Shown here one piece after another: positions 1 through 10,072 of a stretch of 40,501 bases of DNA. The stretch is from contig JAURGL010000001.1 in NCBI GenBank assembly GCA_030833825.1, forward strand, positions 1 to 40,501, read 5' to 3'. The translations under genes and the position numbers were made by a program. Numbering within the stretch: the first letter of the stretch is position 1; each line of letters opens with the position of its first letter. The DNA comes from Vulcanococcus sp. SFB_649D_100_25 (lineage in GTDB: Bacteria; Cyanobacteriota; Cyanobacteriia; PCC-6307; Cyanobiaceae). A model generated the notes under the pieces. It searched no databases. It worked only from the letters and a program-made list of their open reading frames with translations, and was not told the DNA's origin.

Positions 1-318
1 GAGGTTGAGGCCCCCGGTCAGTTCCTCCATCCGCTCCTTCATGGTGCCGGTGGAGTTGTCGTAGGCCGTCCGCAGCGCTTCAAGGGTGGCGGCTTCTGCG
101 CTGGCGGATCCTTCGCTCAGCAGGGCGGGATCCAGGCGGACCTTCAGGGGCTGTTGGTTGCCGGACAGCCAGACGCTGGCCCGTCCGCAGCTGCTCTGGC
201 CTTCGATCTCCATCGCGTCGAGCTCCTCCTGGAGCTTGGCGGCGTCCTGCTGGATCTGCTGAGCCTTCTTGAAGGCTTCGGTGAGCTGGCCGAAGTTGGG
301 GAGACCGAAACCGGCCAT
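1..318 (-). CDS. ybaB: YbaB/EbfC family nucleoid-associated protein (3' end runs off the window)
   Basis: Manual translation from ATG at 318: [40 protein letters not shown]...[12 protein letters not shown]...[14 protein letters not shown]; typical cyanobacterial YbaB; not in the ORF track. Confidence 0.9.
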   Translation of the reverse strand, partial: MAGFGLPNFGQLTEAFKKAQQIQQDAAKLQEELDAMEIEGQSSCGRASVWLSGNQQPLKVRLDPALLSEGSASAEAATLEALRTAYDNSTGTMKERMEELTGGLNL

Positions 319-344
319 GCCTGCACTGCTGTGGTGGGCGAAGG

Positions 345-1262
345 CTACGCCGCCAGGGCGATCTCCTCGAAGCGACCGAGCCGCTTCACCTCGGTGTGGA
401 GGTCGATGGCGTGGGCCCTGAGCACCTGCTGCTGCACCAGGGCAATCAGCTGGTCAATCTCCGTGGCCATGGCCTGACCGGTGTTGACGATGAAGTTGGC
501 GTGGATCGGTGACACCTGGGCGCCTCCGACGCTGAGGCCCTTGAGGCCAAGCCCCTCAATCAGCTGTCCAGCTTTTTGAGGCTCTGGATTGCGAAACACA
601 CTGCCGCAGCTTGGTTGTTGGTAGGGCTGGCTGCTGGTGCGGCTGTGAAGGTTGGCGCTGGTGCGTTGGCTGACGGCTGCGGGGTCGTGGCCCGCGGAGA
701 GGCGGAAACGAGCCGACAGCACCACCAGGGGCTCCAGTTGCAGACGGCTGTGCCGATAGGCGAAGTCCAGTTCGCTGGCCTTCAAGGTCAGCCTGCGCTC
801 AGGATCCTGGGGATCGAGCACGCTGACGCTTTCGAGCACCTCGGCGGTGCAGCCCCCTTGGGCACCTGCATTCATCACGGCGGCCCCACCAACGGTCCCA
901 GGGATCCCCACCGCCCACTCCAGCCCCGAGAGACCGGCCCGGGCGGCTCGGCGAGCGAGGGTCGGGATCGGTTCGCCTGCCTGGGCCTCGATCACACCGC
1001 TATGAGCATCGAGCTGCGCCCCCTGCAGGCGTCGGTTGCAGAGGGTGAGGCCTTCGAGACCGTGGTCACTGATCAGCAGGTTGGAGCCAGCCCCGATCAC
1101 CCGACTGCTCAGGCCTTCGGCTTGGGCCCAGAGCAGCAGTTGGCTGAGCTCCTCGGCCCGCTCCGGCTCGGCAAACCACTGGGCGGGACCACCCACCTTC
1201 CATGTGGTGTAGTCCGCCAACCCCACGGCCCGGCGTAGTCCCAGGGGGGGGATGACGTTCAT
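345..1262 (-). CDS. murB: UDP-N-acetylenolpyruvoylglucosamine reductase
   Basis: [46 protein letters not shown] motifs. Confidence 0.97.
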   Translation of the reverse strand: MNVIPPLGLRRAVGLADYTTWKVGGPAQWFAEPERAEELSQLLLWAQAEGLSSRVIGAGSNLLISDHGLEGLTLCNRRLQGAQLDAHSGVIEAQAGEPIPTLARRAARAGLSGLEWAVGIPGTVGGAAVMNAGAQGGCTAEVLESVSVLDPQDPERRLTLKASELDFAYRHSRLQLEPLVVLSARFRLSAGHDPAAVSQRTSANLHSRTSSQPYQQPSCGSVFRNPEPQKAGQLIEGLGLKGLSVGGAQVSPIHANFIVNTGQAMATEIDQLIALVQQQVLRAHAIDLHTEVKRLGRFEEIALAA

Positions 1263-1266
1263 CGCG

Positions 1267-2709
1267 CTAGGCGGCCAGCGGTAGTGCGGCGCTGGGATCC
1301 TGCCGTTCCTGGAGGCGGTTCCAGAGGCTGTTCACATCACCGGCGCCCATGGCCAGCACCAGATCACCGGCCTGGCTGTGCAGGGCCACGGCATCGGCGA
1401 GGGCCTCCAGGTCAGGACTGGCAGCGACCGGGAGAGAGGGGGCAATCCGTTGGATCGCAGCGGCCAGGCTCTCGCTGGAGATGCCAGGGATCGGTGCTTC
1501 CCCCGCCGCATACAGGGGGGCCAGAAGCACGGCGTCAGCCTGGCTGAGGGCCTCGGCGAAGGCCTCGAGGAATTCCGCGGTACGGCTGTAGCGGTGCGGT
1601 TGAAACACCGCCAAGAGGCGCTGGGGTGCTTCAGGCAAAGGGCTGCGCCCGCTGGTCACCATCAGGCGCGCCATGGCCAGGGTGGCACTCACCTCGCTGG
1701 GGTGGTGGGCGTAGTCATCCACCACCTGGCGTTCATTCCAGGTGCCGCGGTAGTCAAAGCGGCGCCCCGGGGCCCGTAGCCCTTCGACCGCCTTGCGAAG
1801 TTCTGCAAAGGAGACCCCATGCAGCCGGCAGGCCCCCATGGCCGCGACGGCGTTGCTGAGGTTGTGCAGGCCAGGCAGGGGCAGGGTGAACTGTCCGACC
1901 GCTTCGCCGTTCTCATAGAAGGTGGCAACGGTGCTGTCCCCGCTGACCTCTGAGGCGATGGCGGCGAAGTCCACGCCTGTGGGATCGGTGATGGACCACC
2001 AGTAGCTGGCATCGAAGTGTTCCTTCAGCACCGGGCAGTCGCGGTTGGCGAGCAGCTGCTGGCTTCCTTTGGCAAAGCGCTGCAGGGTGGTGATCAGGGA
2101 GGCGAGATCGTTGTAGTGATCGGTGTGATCCAGCTCCAGGTTGGTGATCACCCCCAGCCAGGACTGGAATTTGACGAGAGAGCCATCGGATTCATCCGCC
2201 TCGGCCACCAGGAGTGCGCCGGAGCCATTGCGGCCGTTGCTGCCGAAGGCGGGGACGACGCCGCCGATCACGGCGGTGGGGTCGTGATTGGTGGCATGCA
2301 GCAGCGAGGCCACCAGGGTGCTCGTGGTGGTTTTGCCGTGGCTCCCGGCAACCGAAATGGAGTTTTGTCCCGCGATCAGGGCAGCCAAGACATCGGAGCG
2401 ATGCCAGATCGCCAGTCCGGCCCGTTGCGCCGCCTGGAGCTCAGGGTTGTTGGCAGGCACCGCTGAACTCACGACCACCAGGGGGGGCGTGGAGGTCCCA
2501 CTGCGGATGGCGTCAATGGTGCTGGCGCTCTGTTCGCGAAACACCCGTACGCCGCGGCTGCGCAGGTCCTCCAGCACTGCGTTGTCACGGGGGTCAGAGC
2601 CGCTGACGTCGTAACCGCGGTCCGCCAGGATCCCAGCGATGGCAGACATGCCGATGCCACCGACCCCAATGAAATGGAGGGGTTGATGACGATCGAGCTG
2701 CAGGGTCAA
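1267..2709 (-). CDS. murC: UDP-N-acetylmuramate--L-alanine ligase
   Basis: [46 protein letters not shown]; start placed at TTG 2709 (open frame extends to 2754). Confidence 0.96.
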   Translation of the reverse strand: MTLQLDRHQPLHFIGVGGIGMSAIAGILADRGYDVSGSDPRDNAVLEDLRSRGVRVFREQSASTIDAIRSGTSTPPLVVVSSAVPANNPELQAAQRAGLAIWHRSDVLAALIAGQNSISVAGSHGKTTTSTLVASLLHATNHDPTAVIGGVVPAFGSNGRNGSGALLVAEADESDGSLVKFQSWLGVITNLELDHTDHYNDLASLITTLQRFAKGSQQLLANRDCPVLKEHFDASYWWSITDPTGVDFAAIASEVSGDSTVATFYENGEAVGQFTLPLPGLHNLSNAVAAMGACRLHGVSFAELRKAVEGLRAPGRRFDYRGTWNERQVVDDYAHHPSEVSATLAMARLMVTSGRSPLPEAPQRLLAVFQPHRYSRTAEFLEAFAEALSQADAVLLAPLYAAGEAPIPGISSESLAAAIQRIAPSLPVAASPDLEALADAVALHSQAGDLVLAMGAGDVNSLWNRLQERQDPSAALPLAA

Positions 2710-2806
2710 CGGGCGTCTCCAAGCCTGGCCAGAAACTAAGTCCGAAAGGGTCACTTGTCCTCTGCCTCACCCCGGTTTTGAGGCGTTTCGACAGGCTTGG
2801 TCGCGA

Positions 2807-2845
2807 TGTCCCCAGATGGGGACAGGCTTCCGATTTCTGTATGAT
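2807..2845 (+). promoter_or_regulatory. Putative gap2 promoter: -10 TATGAT (2840-2845) preceded by perfect inverted repeat TGTCCCCA-GA-TGGGGACA (2807-2824)
   Basis: Sequence inspection of the murC/gap2 divergent intergenic region. Confidence 0.5.
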
Positions 2846-2890
2846 CGGCGGCCAAATCCCCCTTGCTAGCGGGCTTGCCCGCGGAACGCC

Positions 2891-3913
2891 ATGACCCTGA
2901 AGGTTGCGATCAATGGATTCGGCCGCATCGGTCGCAACTTCATGCGTTGCTGGCTCAGCCGCGGCAGCAACACCGGCATCGAAGTGGTCGGCATCAACGG
3001 CTCCGGTGACACCAACACCAATGCCCACCTGCTGAAGTACGACTCGATGCTCGGCCCCCTGCGCAATGCAGAGGTGTCCACCACCGAGAACACGATCGTC
3101 ATCAACGGCAAGACGATCAAAACCTTCTACGACCGCAACCCCGCCAACCTCCCCTGGAAGGAGTGGGGCGTCGATCTGGTGATCGAGTCCACCGGCGTGT
3201 TCAACGACGACGTGGGCGCCAGCAAGCACTTCGAGGCCGGTGCCAAGAAAGTGATCCTGACTGCCCCCGGTAAGGGCGCCAAAGTCGGCACCTTCGTGGT
3301 GGGCGTGAACGCCGATCAGTACCGCCACGAGGACTGGGACATCCTCAGCAATGCCAGCTGCACCACCAACTGCATGGCGCCGGTGGTGAAGGTTCTGGAT
3401 CAGGCCTTCGGCATCGTGAAGGGCACGATGACCACCACCCACAGCTACACGGGTGACCAGCGCATCCTCGACGCCGCCCACCGCGACCTGCGCCGTGCCC
3501 GCGCCGCTGCGGTGAACATCGTCCCCACCAGCACCGGCGCCGCCAAGGCCGTCGCCCTGGTGTACCCGCCGATGAAGGGCAAGCTGAGCGGCATCGCCCT
3601 GCGCGTGCCCACCCCGAACGTGTCGGTGGTCGACATGGTGCTCGAGATGAGCCGCGACACCACGAAGGAGGAGGTGAACGCCGTGCTGAAGGCCGCCGCC
3701 GAGAACGGCATGAAGGGGATCATCAAGTACAGCGATCTGCCCCTGGTTTCCAGCGACCACGCCGGTACCGACGAGAGCACCATCGTCGATTCCGACCTCA
3801 CCCTCGTGATGGGCGGCAACATGGTGAAGGTGATCTGCTGGTACGACAACGAGTGGGGCTACAGCCAGCGCGTTGTTGACCTCGCCGAGATCGTCGCCAA
3901 GAACTGGAAGTGA
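2891..3913 (+). CDS. gap2: Type I glyceraldehyde-3-phosphate dehydrogenase, NAD(P)-dependent Calvin-cycle form
   Basis: [12 protein letters not shown], catalytic [31 protein letters not shown] (Gap2/GapA type), WYDNEWGYS; strongly biased codon usage. Confidence 0.96.
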   Translation: MTLKVAINGFGRIGRNFMRCWLSRGSNTGIEVVGINGSGDTNTNAHLLKYDSMLGPLRNAEVSTTENTIVINGKTIKTFYDRNPANLPWKEWGVDLVIESTGVFNDDVGASKHFEAGAKKVILTAPGKGAKVGTFVVGVNADQYRHEDWDILSNASCTTNCMAPVVKVLDQAFGIVKGTMTTTHSYTGDQRILDAAHRDLRRARAAAVNIVPTSTGAAKAVALVYPPMKGKLSGIALRVPTPNVSVVDMVLEMSRDTTKEEVNAVLKAAAENGMKGIIKYSDLPLVSSDHAGTDESTIVDSDLTLVMGGNMVKVICWYDNEWGYSQRVVDLAEIVAKNWK

Positions 3914-3936
3914 GCTGAACGCTTCGCTTGAGTTCC

Positions 3937-3960
3937 GCCGCCCGCAAGGGCGGCTTTTTT
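3937..3960 (+). terminator. Rho-independent terminator of gap2
   Basis: GCCGCCC-GCAA-GGGCGGC followed by TTTTTT; the T-tract overlaps the thiL stop codon on the other strand. Confidence 0.9.
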
Positions 3961-4957
3961 ATTGGAAGTGGCAGTAACCAGCGGCTGGGTCCAAGGGCTC
4001 ACCGCTGTCTGCCCAGCACACCCGGTGGGCGTCCGCGTCGATCAGCCGTCCGATCCGTGAGCAGTCCGGCATGGCGGCGCACAGGGTCTCGGCCCAGACG
4101 GGTTCCAGGGCCAGCACCAGTTCGAAGTCCTCACCCCCACCCAGGCACCAGCGTTCTGCCTGAGGCAGCCGATGGAATTCCGGAGCCAGGGGCAGGGCTT
4201 CCTTCTCCAGCAACACCCCGCAGCCGCTGGCTCGGGCGATGTTCACAGCGGCCAGCTGCAGTCCATCGCTGCTGTCGGTGCCCCCCACGCGCCAGGTGCA
4301 GTGCTCGGGGCGCACGGTGATCAGCTCTTGCACCACATCGAGTCGCGGCCGCGGCCGTTGATGGGCCCGGATCGCTTCCTCCTGCAGCTCTGGTGGCAGC
4401 CCGTCCCGTTCCTCTTGGGCCAGCTCCCCCTGCAGCAGAGCGAGCCCCAAGCGGCTGAGCCCATGGGGGCCGCTGCAGATCAACCAGTCCCCGGGGCGCC
4501 CATCGCCGCGGCGGATGGGGCCGGCACCGCGCTCTGTGCTCAGGTGTCCGAGGGCGGTGATTGCCAGAAGGCGCTGCCCTCCGCTGCTGCAATCACCCCC
4601 GAGCAAACAGCCGCCGTAGCGGGCGAGCGCCTCAGATAAGCCTCGGTAGACCCCCTCAACCCAGTCCCAGGGGGTGTCACCAGGTGCCACCAGGCCCACG
4701 GTGAGGCCTCCCACATCGGTGCAGCCCATCGCCGCCAGATCAGACAGGTTGGCCGCGGCGGCGCGCCACCCCAGGTCCTGGGGAGACACGGTGGTGTCGC
4801 TGAAGTGGACGCCCTCCACCAGTACATCGGTGTTGACCACCAGGGTTCTGCCGCTCCGTTCCCTCAGAAGGGCCGCGTCGTCGTCCAGTTGTCCTGCCGG
4901 GGCGAAGGCGGAGAGCCGCTGCAGCAGCTCCCATTCCCCCAGCTCCTGCAGACGCAT
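3959..4957 (-). CDS. thiL: Thiamine-monophosphate kinase
   Basis: LGEWELL, DDAA, NTDVLVEGVHF, ANLSDLAAMG, GGD, DSSDGL, GGEDFELV. Confidence 0.95.
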   Translation of the reverse strand: MRLQELGEWELLQRLSAFAPAGQLDDDAALLRERSGRTLVVNTDVLVEGVHFSDTTVSPQDLGWRAAAANLSDLAAMGCTDVGGLTVGLVAPGDTPWDWVEGVYRGLSEALARYGGCLLGGDCSSGGQRLLAITALGHLSTERGAGPIRRGDGRPGDWLICSGPHGLSRLGLALLQGELAQEERDGLPPELQEEAIRAHQRPRPRLDVVQELITVRPEHCTWRVGGTDSSDGLQLAAVNIARASGCGVLLEKEALPLAPEFHRLPQAERWCLGGGEDFELVLALEPVWAETLCAAMPDCSRIGRLIDADAHRVCWADSGEPLDPAAGYCHFQ

Positions 4958-6042
4958 CAGGCGTGGGGCTTGAGGTTGTCGGCCCCATCGATGACCCGGG
5001 CTTTGACGATGCCGTCGCTGATGCCCAGTTCTTCGAGGACGTCGAAGCCCTCCACGACGTAGCCGAAGGCCCCGTAGCGACCATCCACCAGGTTCAGGCC
5101 CGCTGGGGTGAGTTCTGCCTCATACAGGAAGAAGAAGAACTGGGAGGAGCCGTCGTCGAGGGCCTCATCGGAGTGAGCCCAACCCATCGTTCCAAGGGTG
5201 GCGAAGGGGAGCACCGGCTGGGCATCGAAACGGCCCAGGTCTTCAAAGGTTTCGTTGTAGAAGGGCTGCTGTTCTCCGGGCACCATGATTTCCAGCGGCA
5301 CCTTGCGCTCCACCTTGGTTTTGGGGTCGAGGTAGCCGCTTTCGGGCCCCTTGGGATCGCCGGTTTGCAGGACGTAGAAGTCTTCAGCGCGGGTGAAGGG
5401 CAGGCCGTCATAGAAGCCCTTCTGCACCAGGTCGATGAAGGCCCCGGCCGTGAGGGGTGCGTTGTAGCCATCGGCGATGGCGATCAAGGTGCCCTTGGTG
5501 GTCTCGATTTCAACGCTCGCCCGCCCCAGCAGCCGCGGCAGGTTGTCAAATTCGCTCGGGATGCTGAAGGGGAAGTCGCCCACCATCAGCGCTTCCAGGT
5601 CACCGATGGTGGCGAGGGCGACACGCCTGTCGGAGAGGAAGCGATCACGGTCCGAGCTTTCACTGCTTTCCGCCAGCACCTGCATCTGGCCGCTGAGCTG
5701 GTCGAGCAGTTCAGCTCCTCGGGGCTGCTGGGCTGCGGGCAGGCTCGCCAGGATGGCTTCCGAGCGGCTTGTCAGCAGGGTTTGACTGCGCCGCACCGTG
5801 CTCACCAGGGCGCTCCAGCGTTTGGCGCGGAGGTCTTCGCTGGTGCTTTCCAGGCGATGCTGCAGCTCCTGGAGATCGCCCTGCTGGATCGGGAGGGCGT
5901 TGCGAAGGATGGCGGTGGGGTCCTTGACGGCATTGCCCGGCGGGAGCGCGGCATGGGCCGGCGTCGCCAGGGGGAGGCACACGAGCCCCGTCACCATCAG
6001 CAGGGTCACCGCCCAGCGGTGAAGCCAGCGCTTGAGATCCAT
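4957..6042 (-). CDS. Cyclophilin-type peptidyl-prolyl isomerase, thylakoid-lumen CYP38/TLP40-like
   Basis: Signal peptide ending AHA, then [20 protein letters not shown] helical region, then [41 protein letters not shown]; ATG 6042 chosen; stop overlaps the thiL start (TGATG). Confidence 0.9.
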   Translation of the reverse strand: MDLKRWLHRWAVTLLMVTGLVCLPLATPAHAALPPGNAVKDPTAILRNALPIQQGDLQELQHRLESTSEDLRAKRWSALVSTVRRSQTLLTSRSEAILASLPAAQQPRGAELLDQLSGQMQVLAESSESSDRDRFLSDRRVALATIGDLEALMVGDFPFSIPSEFDNLPRLLGRASVEIETTKGTLIAIADGYNAPLTAGAFIDLVQKGFYDGLPFTRAEDFYVLQTGDPKGPESGYLDPKTKVERKVPLEIMVPGEQQPFYNETFEDLGRFDAQPVLPFATLGTMGWAHSDEALDDGSSQFFFFLYEAELTPAGLNLVDGRYGAFGYVVEGFDVLEELGISDGIVKARVIDGADNLKPHA

Positions 6043-6109
6043 GCTGCAGCCTTGTCTCTGCCGGGACTCTGCCACAGCCGTACAATCCCGCCTGAACCGT
6101 TCAGCCGGA

Positions 6110-6670
6110 ATGATCTCGAGCAACGACTTTCGTACCGGCACGACGATCGAGATCGATGGTCAGGTCTGGCGTGTCGTCGAGTTTCTGCACGTCAAGCCCG
6201 GCAAGGGTTCGGCTTTTGTCCGCACCAAGCTGAAGGCCGTTCAGTCCGGCAACGTTGTTGAGAAAACCTTCCGGGCGGGGGAAACGGTTCCTCAGGCCCA
6301 GCTCGAGAAGGCAGTCCTCCAGCACACCTACATGGAAGGTGAGGACTACGTCTTCATGGATATGTCCTCCTATGAGGAGACCCGCTTGACCGCCAAGCAG
6401 ATCGGCGATCAGCGCAAGTACCTCAAGGAGGGGATGGAGGTGAACGTCGTCTACTGGAACGGCAAGCCTCTGGAAGTGGAACTCCCCAACTCCGTTGTTC
6501 TGGAAATCACCCAAACTGACCCTGGCGTTAAGGGTGATACCGCCACCGGTGGGACCAAGCCGGCCATCGTTGAGACGGGTGCTCAGGTGATGGTGCCCCT
6601 GTTCCTGTCGATCGGCGAAAAGATCAAGATCGACACCCGCAACGACAGCTACCTGGGCCGCGAGAACTGA
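6110..6670 (+). CDS. efp: Translation elongation factor P
   Basis: [38 protein letters not shown]; TACAAT -10 at 6081-6086. Confidence 0.97.
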   Translation: MISSNDFRTGTTIEIDGQVWRVVEFLHVKPGKGSAFVRTKLKAVQSGNVVEKTFRAGETVPQAQLEKAVLQHTYMEGEDYVFMDMSSYEETRLTAKQIGDQRKYLKEGMEVNVVYWNGKPLEVELPNSVVLEITQTDPGVKGDTATGGTKPAIVETGAQVMVPLFLSIGEKIKIDTRNDSYLGREN

Positions 6671-6674
6671 TTCC

Positions 6675-7148
6675 ATGCAACTCGACCACAACCAACTGCG
6701 TGACCTGATCGCTCTTCTCGGTGAGAGCGATATCCAGGAACTGAAGCTGGAGGGCGATGACTTCCGGCTTGAGCTGCGCCGCAATCTGCCCGGTGTGCAG
6801 CCCCAGGTGGTGATGCAGGCCGCTCCGGCTGTGGCTCCGGTTGCCCCTGCTCCGGTCGCTGCTGCCCCCTCCGCGGCTCCCCCCGCTGCCCCTGCCGTTC
6901 GTGGCGATCTGGTGGAGATCACGGCTCCGATGGTGGCCACCTTCTACCGCTCTCCGGCCCCGGGAGAAGCAGCGTTTGTGGAGCTGGGAGCTCGTATCAA
7001 CGTCGGTCAGACCGTCTGCATCCTCGAGGCGATGAAGCTCATGAATGAGCTGGAGTCCGAGGTGAGCGGTGAAGTGGTCGAGATCCTGGTGGAAAACGGC
7101 ACACCCGTGGAATTCGGGCAGGTCTTGATGCGGGTCAAGCCCGCCTAA
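6675..7148 (+). CDS. accB: Acetyl-CoA carboxylase biotin carboxyl carrier protein
   Basis: EAMKLMNE biotinylation motif, Ala/Pro linker, efp-accB order. Confidence 0.97.
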   Translation: MQLDHNQLRDLIALLGESDIQELKLEGDDFRLELRRNLPGVQPQVVMQAAPAVAPVAPAPVAAAPSAAPPAAPAVRGDLVEITAPMVATFYRSPAPGEAAFVELGARINVGQTVCILEAMKLMNELESEVSGEVVEILVENGTPVEFGQVLMRVKPA

Positions 7149-8170
7149 GACAGCTCCAGGGCCGCAGAGATCGCGGCTTCCATGCTGGCTGCCCTTGCGA
7201 GGCCGAGTCCGGCGATGTCAAAGCCGGTGCCATGGTCCGGTGAGGTGCGTAGAAACGGGAGCCCGAGGCTCGTATTCACTGCCTGATCAAAGGCCAGGAG
7301 CTTGACGGGAATCAAGCCTTGGTCGTGATAGAGCGCCAGGTATCCATCGGGGGCTTTGCTGGAGAGCCCCTGGCCCTGCCAGGCCTGAGCCGCTGAGATC
7401 CAGCAGGTGTCCGGAGGGAGAGGTCCCTGCAGGGTGCAGTGGGGATGCTGCTCCTGCCAGGCCCTCAGGGCGGGGATCAGCCACTGCTGCTCCTCCTGCC
7501 CCAGTTGGCCCGCTTCCCCGGCGTGGGGGTTCAGTCCGGCTACCGCCAGAACCGGTCTGGGGTTGAATCGCTCGCAGAACTGTCGAAGCACATCCAGCTT
7601 GTGCAGGACCCGCTCGGCATTGAGCTTGGTGCTCACCTGCGTCAGGGGTATGTGGGTCGTGGCCAGCAGGGTGTTCAGGCGCCAGCCCGACTGCGGTGAA
7701 CGAGCCGTGAACAGCATCGAGGCTTCCTGCACCCCTGCCAACTCCGCCAGCCGTTCGGTCTGGCCTGGGTAGTGGTGGCCGGCTGCGTGCCAGAACTGCT
7801 TGGCGATCGGTGCGGTGACCAAGGCCTGGCAGGCACCGTTCAGCACCAGTTCGGTGGCGGCGGTGAGCCACGCGAAGCTGGCGGCACCGCTGGCGGCATT
7901 GGGGTGCCCTGGGGAGATCTCCTCGCTGAGGGGTAGATCCAGGATCTCTAACCTCCCCGGATCGGCCCAGGGGCTGCCCGTGCCCTGTTGGCGCTGTGCA
8001 TAGACGCTTTCCAGCCACCTTCTGCAGCCCACCAGCAGCGGGGCATCCTCGCGGCCGCACCAAGGGGCCATGGCCTTCAGCACCACCTCAGCGCCGATGC
8101 CGGCTGGATCGCCGAGGGAGATGGCCAGCCGAGGGCGCTTAGCGTTGCTGTCGCTTGCCTGGTATCCCAT
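7145..8170 (-). CDS. pdxA: 4-hydroxythreonine-4-phosphate dehydrogenase
   Basis: GDPAGIGAE, TAPIAK, GLNPHAGE, YHDQGLIPVK, RTSPDHGTGFDIAG. Confidence 0.96.
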   Translation of the reverse strand: MGYQASDSNAKRPRLAISLGDPAGIGAEVVLKAMAPWCGREDAPLLVGCRRWLESVYAQRQQGTGSPWADPGRLEILDLPLSEEISPGHPNAASGAASFAWLTAATELVLNGACQALVTAPIAKQFWHAAGHHYPGQTERLAELAGVQEASMLFTARSPQSGWRLNTLLATTHIPLTQVSTKLNAERVLHKLDVLRQFCERFNPRPVLAVAGLNPHAGEAGQLGQEEQQWLIPALRAWQEQHPHCTLQGPLPPDTCWISAAQAWQGQGLSSKAPDGYLALYHDQGLIPVKLLAFDQAVNTSLGLPFLRTSPDHGTGFDIAGLGLARAASMEAAISAALELS

Positions 8171-8333
8171 GGTCCGTTGGCTGTTGCTGCTGGGGATCGG
8201 GTTTGTTCTCGTGAAAGGAGTGCAGAGCGGCTGGGTAGAGCTTCATTGGAACCGCCTGTTTCACGATGTGGGGGTTCCCTTTGTGCCGGATCCGGATCAG
8301 CCCCGGCAGGGGGCGGGGTCTCCGCAGCGCTGA
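8169..8333 (+). CDS. Small hypothetical membrane protein (54 aa)
   Basis: MVRWLLLLGIGFVLVKGVQSGWVELHWNRLFHDVGVPF...; hydrophobic N-terminus; fills the gap between pdxA and the SDR gene. Confidence 0.65.
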   Translation: MVRWLLLLGIGFVLVKGVQSGWVELHWNRLFHDVGVPFVPDPDQPRQGAGSPQR

Positions 8334-8345
8334 TCGTTCATTCCA

Positions 8346-9245
8346 TCACGCCTTCTTCTGGCTGGCCTGTTCTTCCATCAGGCTGGCGGCGAAGCCTTCC
8401 CGGTAGCTGGGGTAACGCAGCTCATAGCCCAGCCGCTGGCAGAGCAAGGTGTTGCTGACCCGGCGGTTGTCTTCCCAGAAGCTCAGGGCCATGGGGCTGA
8501 GCTCGGGGGCGATGTCTTCGAAGCGCCGATAGACGGGCAACTTCAGGTTGAGCAGATGGGCGGCAAACCCAAGGGTCTCGCTGGATGGACAGGGCACGTC
8601 ATCGCTCACGTTCACCACGGCGGGACGCTCATGGGCCGCAAGGGCCATGCAGTGCAGCAGGGCGCCAACGATGTCCTCGACATGGATGCGGCAGAACACC
8701 TGGCCTGGTTTGTGCACCAATCGAGCGGTGCCTTGGCGTAGTTGATCAAAGGGGCAGCGCCCGGGGCCGTAGATCGCCGGCAGACGAAAACTTTGCACCG
8801 GCAGTCCGCTGCTCAGCCAGGCTTCTTCAGCCTTCAGCCGGGCCCGGCTTCGGGGCAGGGTGGCGGCTGTGGGGCTGCCTTCACTGACCCACGCGCCGGC
8901 ACTGTCCCCGTAGACGCCGGTGGTGGAGAGATAGCCCAGCCATTGCAGCGGTTGTCTGCTCAGGGCGTCCAGGAGGTGTTCGAGGGCGTCGTCCCGGCCA
9001 TCGCGGTTTGGGGGGATGGTGACGAGCACATGGCTGATCTGCTCAGGAAGGGCCGGGATCAGGTCTTGGCTGGCATCAAAGGCCAGCCATTGCATGCCTT
9101 TTCGAGGGGCTTCAGGCCTTGCGCTGCGCTGGGTCAACCAGACCTCGGCCCCTTGATCGACCATCGCCTGCGCGAAGCGCTGACCGCTGTAGCCCCCGCC
9201 AATGACCAGGACGCGGGGGGCGGACTTGACAGCCTGATCCGTCAT
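8346..9245 (-). CDS. Atypical SDR / NAD-dependent epimerase-dehydratase family protein
   Basis: GGGYSG Rossmann loop, YLSTTGVYGD, RLPAIYGPGR, RIHVEDI. Confidence 0.9.
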   Translation of the reverse strand: MTDQAVKSAPRVLVIGGGYSGQRFAQAMVDQGAEVWLTQRSARPEAPRKGMQWLAFDASQDLIPALPEQISHVLVTIPPNRDGRDDALEHLLDALSRQPLQWLGYLSTTGVYGDSAGAWVSEGSPTAATLPRSRARLKAEEAWLSSGLPVQSFRLPAIYGPGRCPFDQLRQGTARLVHKPGQVFCRIHVEDIVGALLHCMALAAHERPAVVNVSDDVPCPSSETLGFAAHLLNLKLPVYRRFEDIAPELSPMALSFWEDNRRVSNTLLCQRLGYELRYPSYREGFAASLMEEQASQKKA

Positions 9246-9246
9246 G

Positions 9247-9260
9247 AGTACACCTGTATT
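9247..9260. promoter_or_regulatory. Candidate cyanobacterial LexA (SOS) box AGTACACCTGTATT
   Basis: Close match to the cyanobacterial AGTAC-N4-GTACT palindrome (one mismatch in the right half); lies in the 30-bp divergent intergenic gap. Confidence 0.55.
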
Positions 9261-9275
9261 ACTCGCTCAAGGTCG

Positions 9276-9485
9276 ATGACCGCATCTTGCCTCTCCGCCC
9301 CCCTGGCTTCCTCGCGCCGCGCTCTCTTGCGCCGGCGTGCAGGCATCGCGCCGGGCGGCGTCCTGGCGATTGCCTCTGCCGCAACCGTGTTGTTCCTGGC
9401 GCTGGTGGTCGCCCCAGAGCAGCCCCAGGCGCAGGCGGAGATCTGTGAGCGCCACAACGGGGCTGCGGCTTGCCGGATCTGGTGA
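9276..9485 (+). CDS. Small hypothetical exported/membrane protein (69 aa) with C-terminal C-x7-C
   Basis: Basic N-region, hydrophobic stretch, then APEQPQAQAEICERHNGAAACRIW. Confidence 0.7.
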   Translation: MTASCLSAPLASSRRALLRRRAGIAPGGVLAIASAATVLFLALVVAPEQPQAQAEICERHNGAAACRIW

Positions 9486-9489
9486 GCGT

Positions 9490-9867
9490 TCAGGCCGCCT
9501 GCATTGCCGGTGAGACGGCCTGGGCAGGGCTAGCCCACTGCAGCAAGCGCAACGCCAGGCGCAGGTCCCCGTCGGTCCAGGCGCGGATCGCCATGGCCCG
9601 CCTGGGGTCATAGAAGCGCTGGCGGCGATACCACTCAAAGGCGTCGGCGTCGCTCTTGCGGCCGTTGCAGGCCAGGCATGCCGGCACGCAGTTCTCGGTG
9701 ACGCTCAGGCCTCCGCGGCTTTGGGGCAGGACGTGGTCAATCGATTCGGAGGGCTTGCCGCAGTAAATACAAGTTTTGTGCGTGAAAGTGTGTAGGGATT
9801 GTCTCCAGCGTCGGACGCGAAGTTTGGGGCACAAATCTTCCAGGAAAACGGCATCCCTGCTGTGCAT
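9490..9867 (-). CDS. HNH endonuclease
   Basis: CIYCG...SIDHVLPQSRGG...NCVPACLACNGRKS zinc-binding HNH signature. Confidence 0.93.
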   Translation of the reverse strand: MHSRDAVFLEDLCPKLRVRRWRQSLHTFTHKTCIYCGKPSESIDHVLPQSRGGLSVTENCVPACLACNGRKSDADAFEWYRRQRFYDPRRAMAIRAWTDGDLRLALRLLQWASPAQAVSPAMQAA

Positions 9868-10072
9868 CCGATCAAATCGGTTGCCGAGAGTCTGCCCTTG
9901 GTCGCTGGGTTGTCAATGTGTCGAAGGATGCATTTTGCAAGCCTTATTGCAGGACTTGCATTCCACCGCAATCTGGCTAACTTGAGAGCCGCTGCGCCAG
10001 AGTGGGCGCCCCCGTCCGGTCTCCTTGCCTCCGCCCAGCGCGAGCTCCGCTCCAAGAGCGTCCCGTTGTCTG

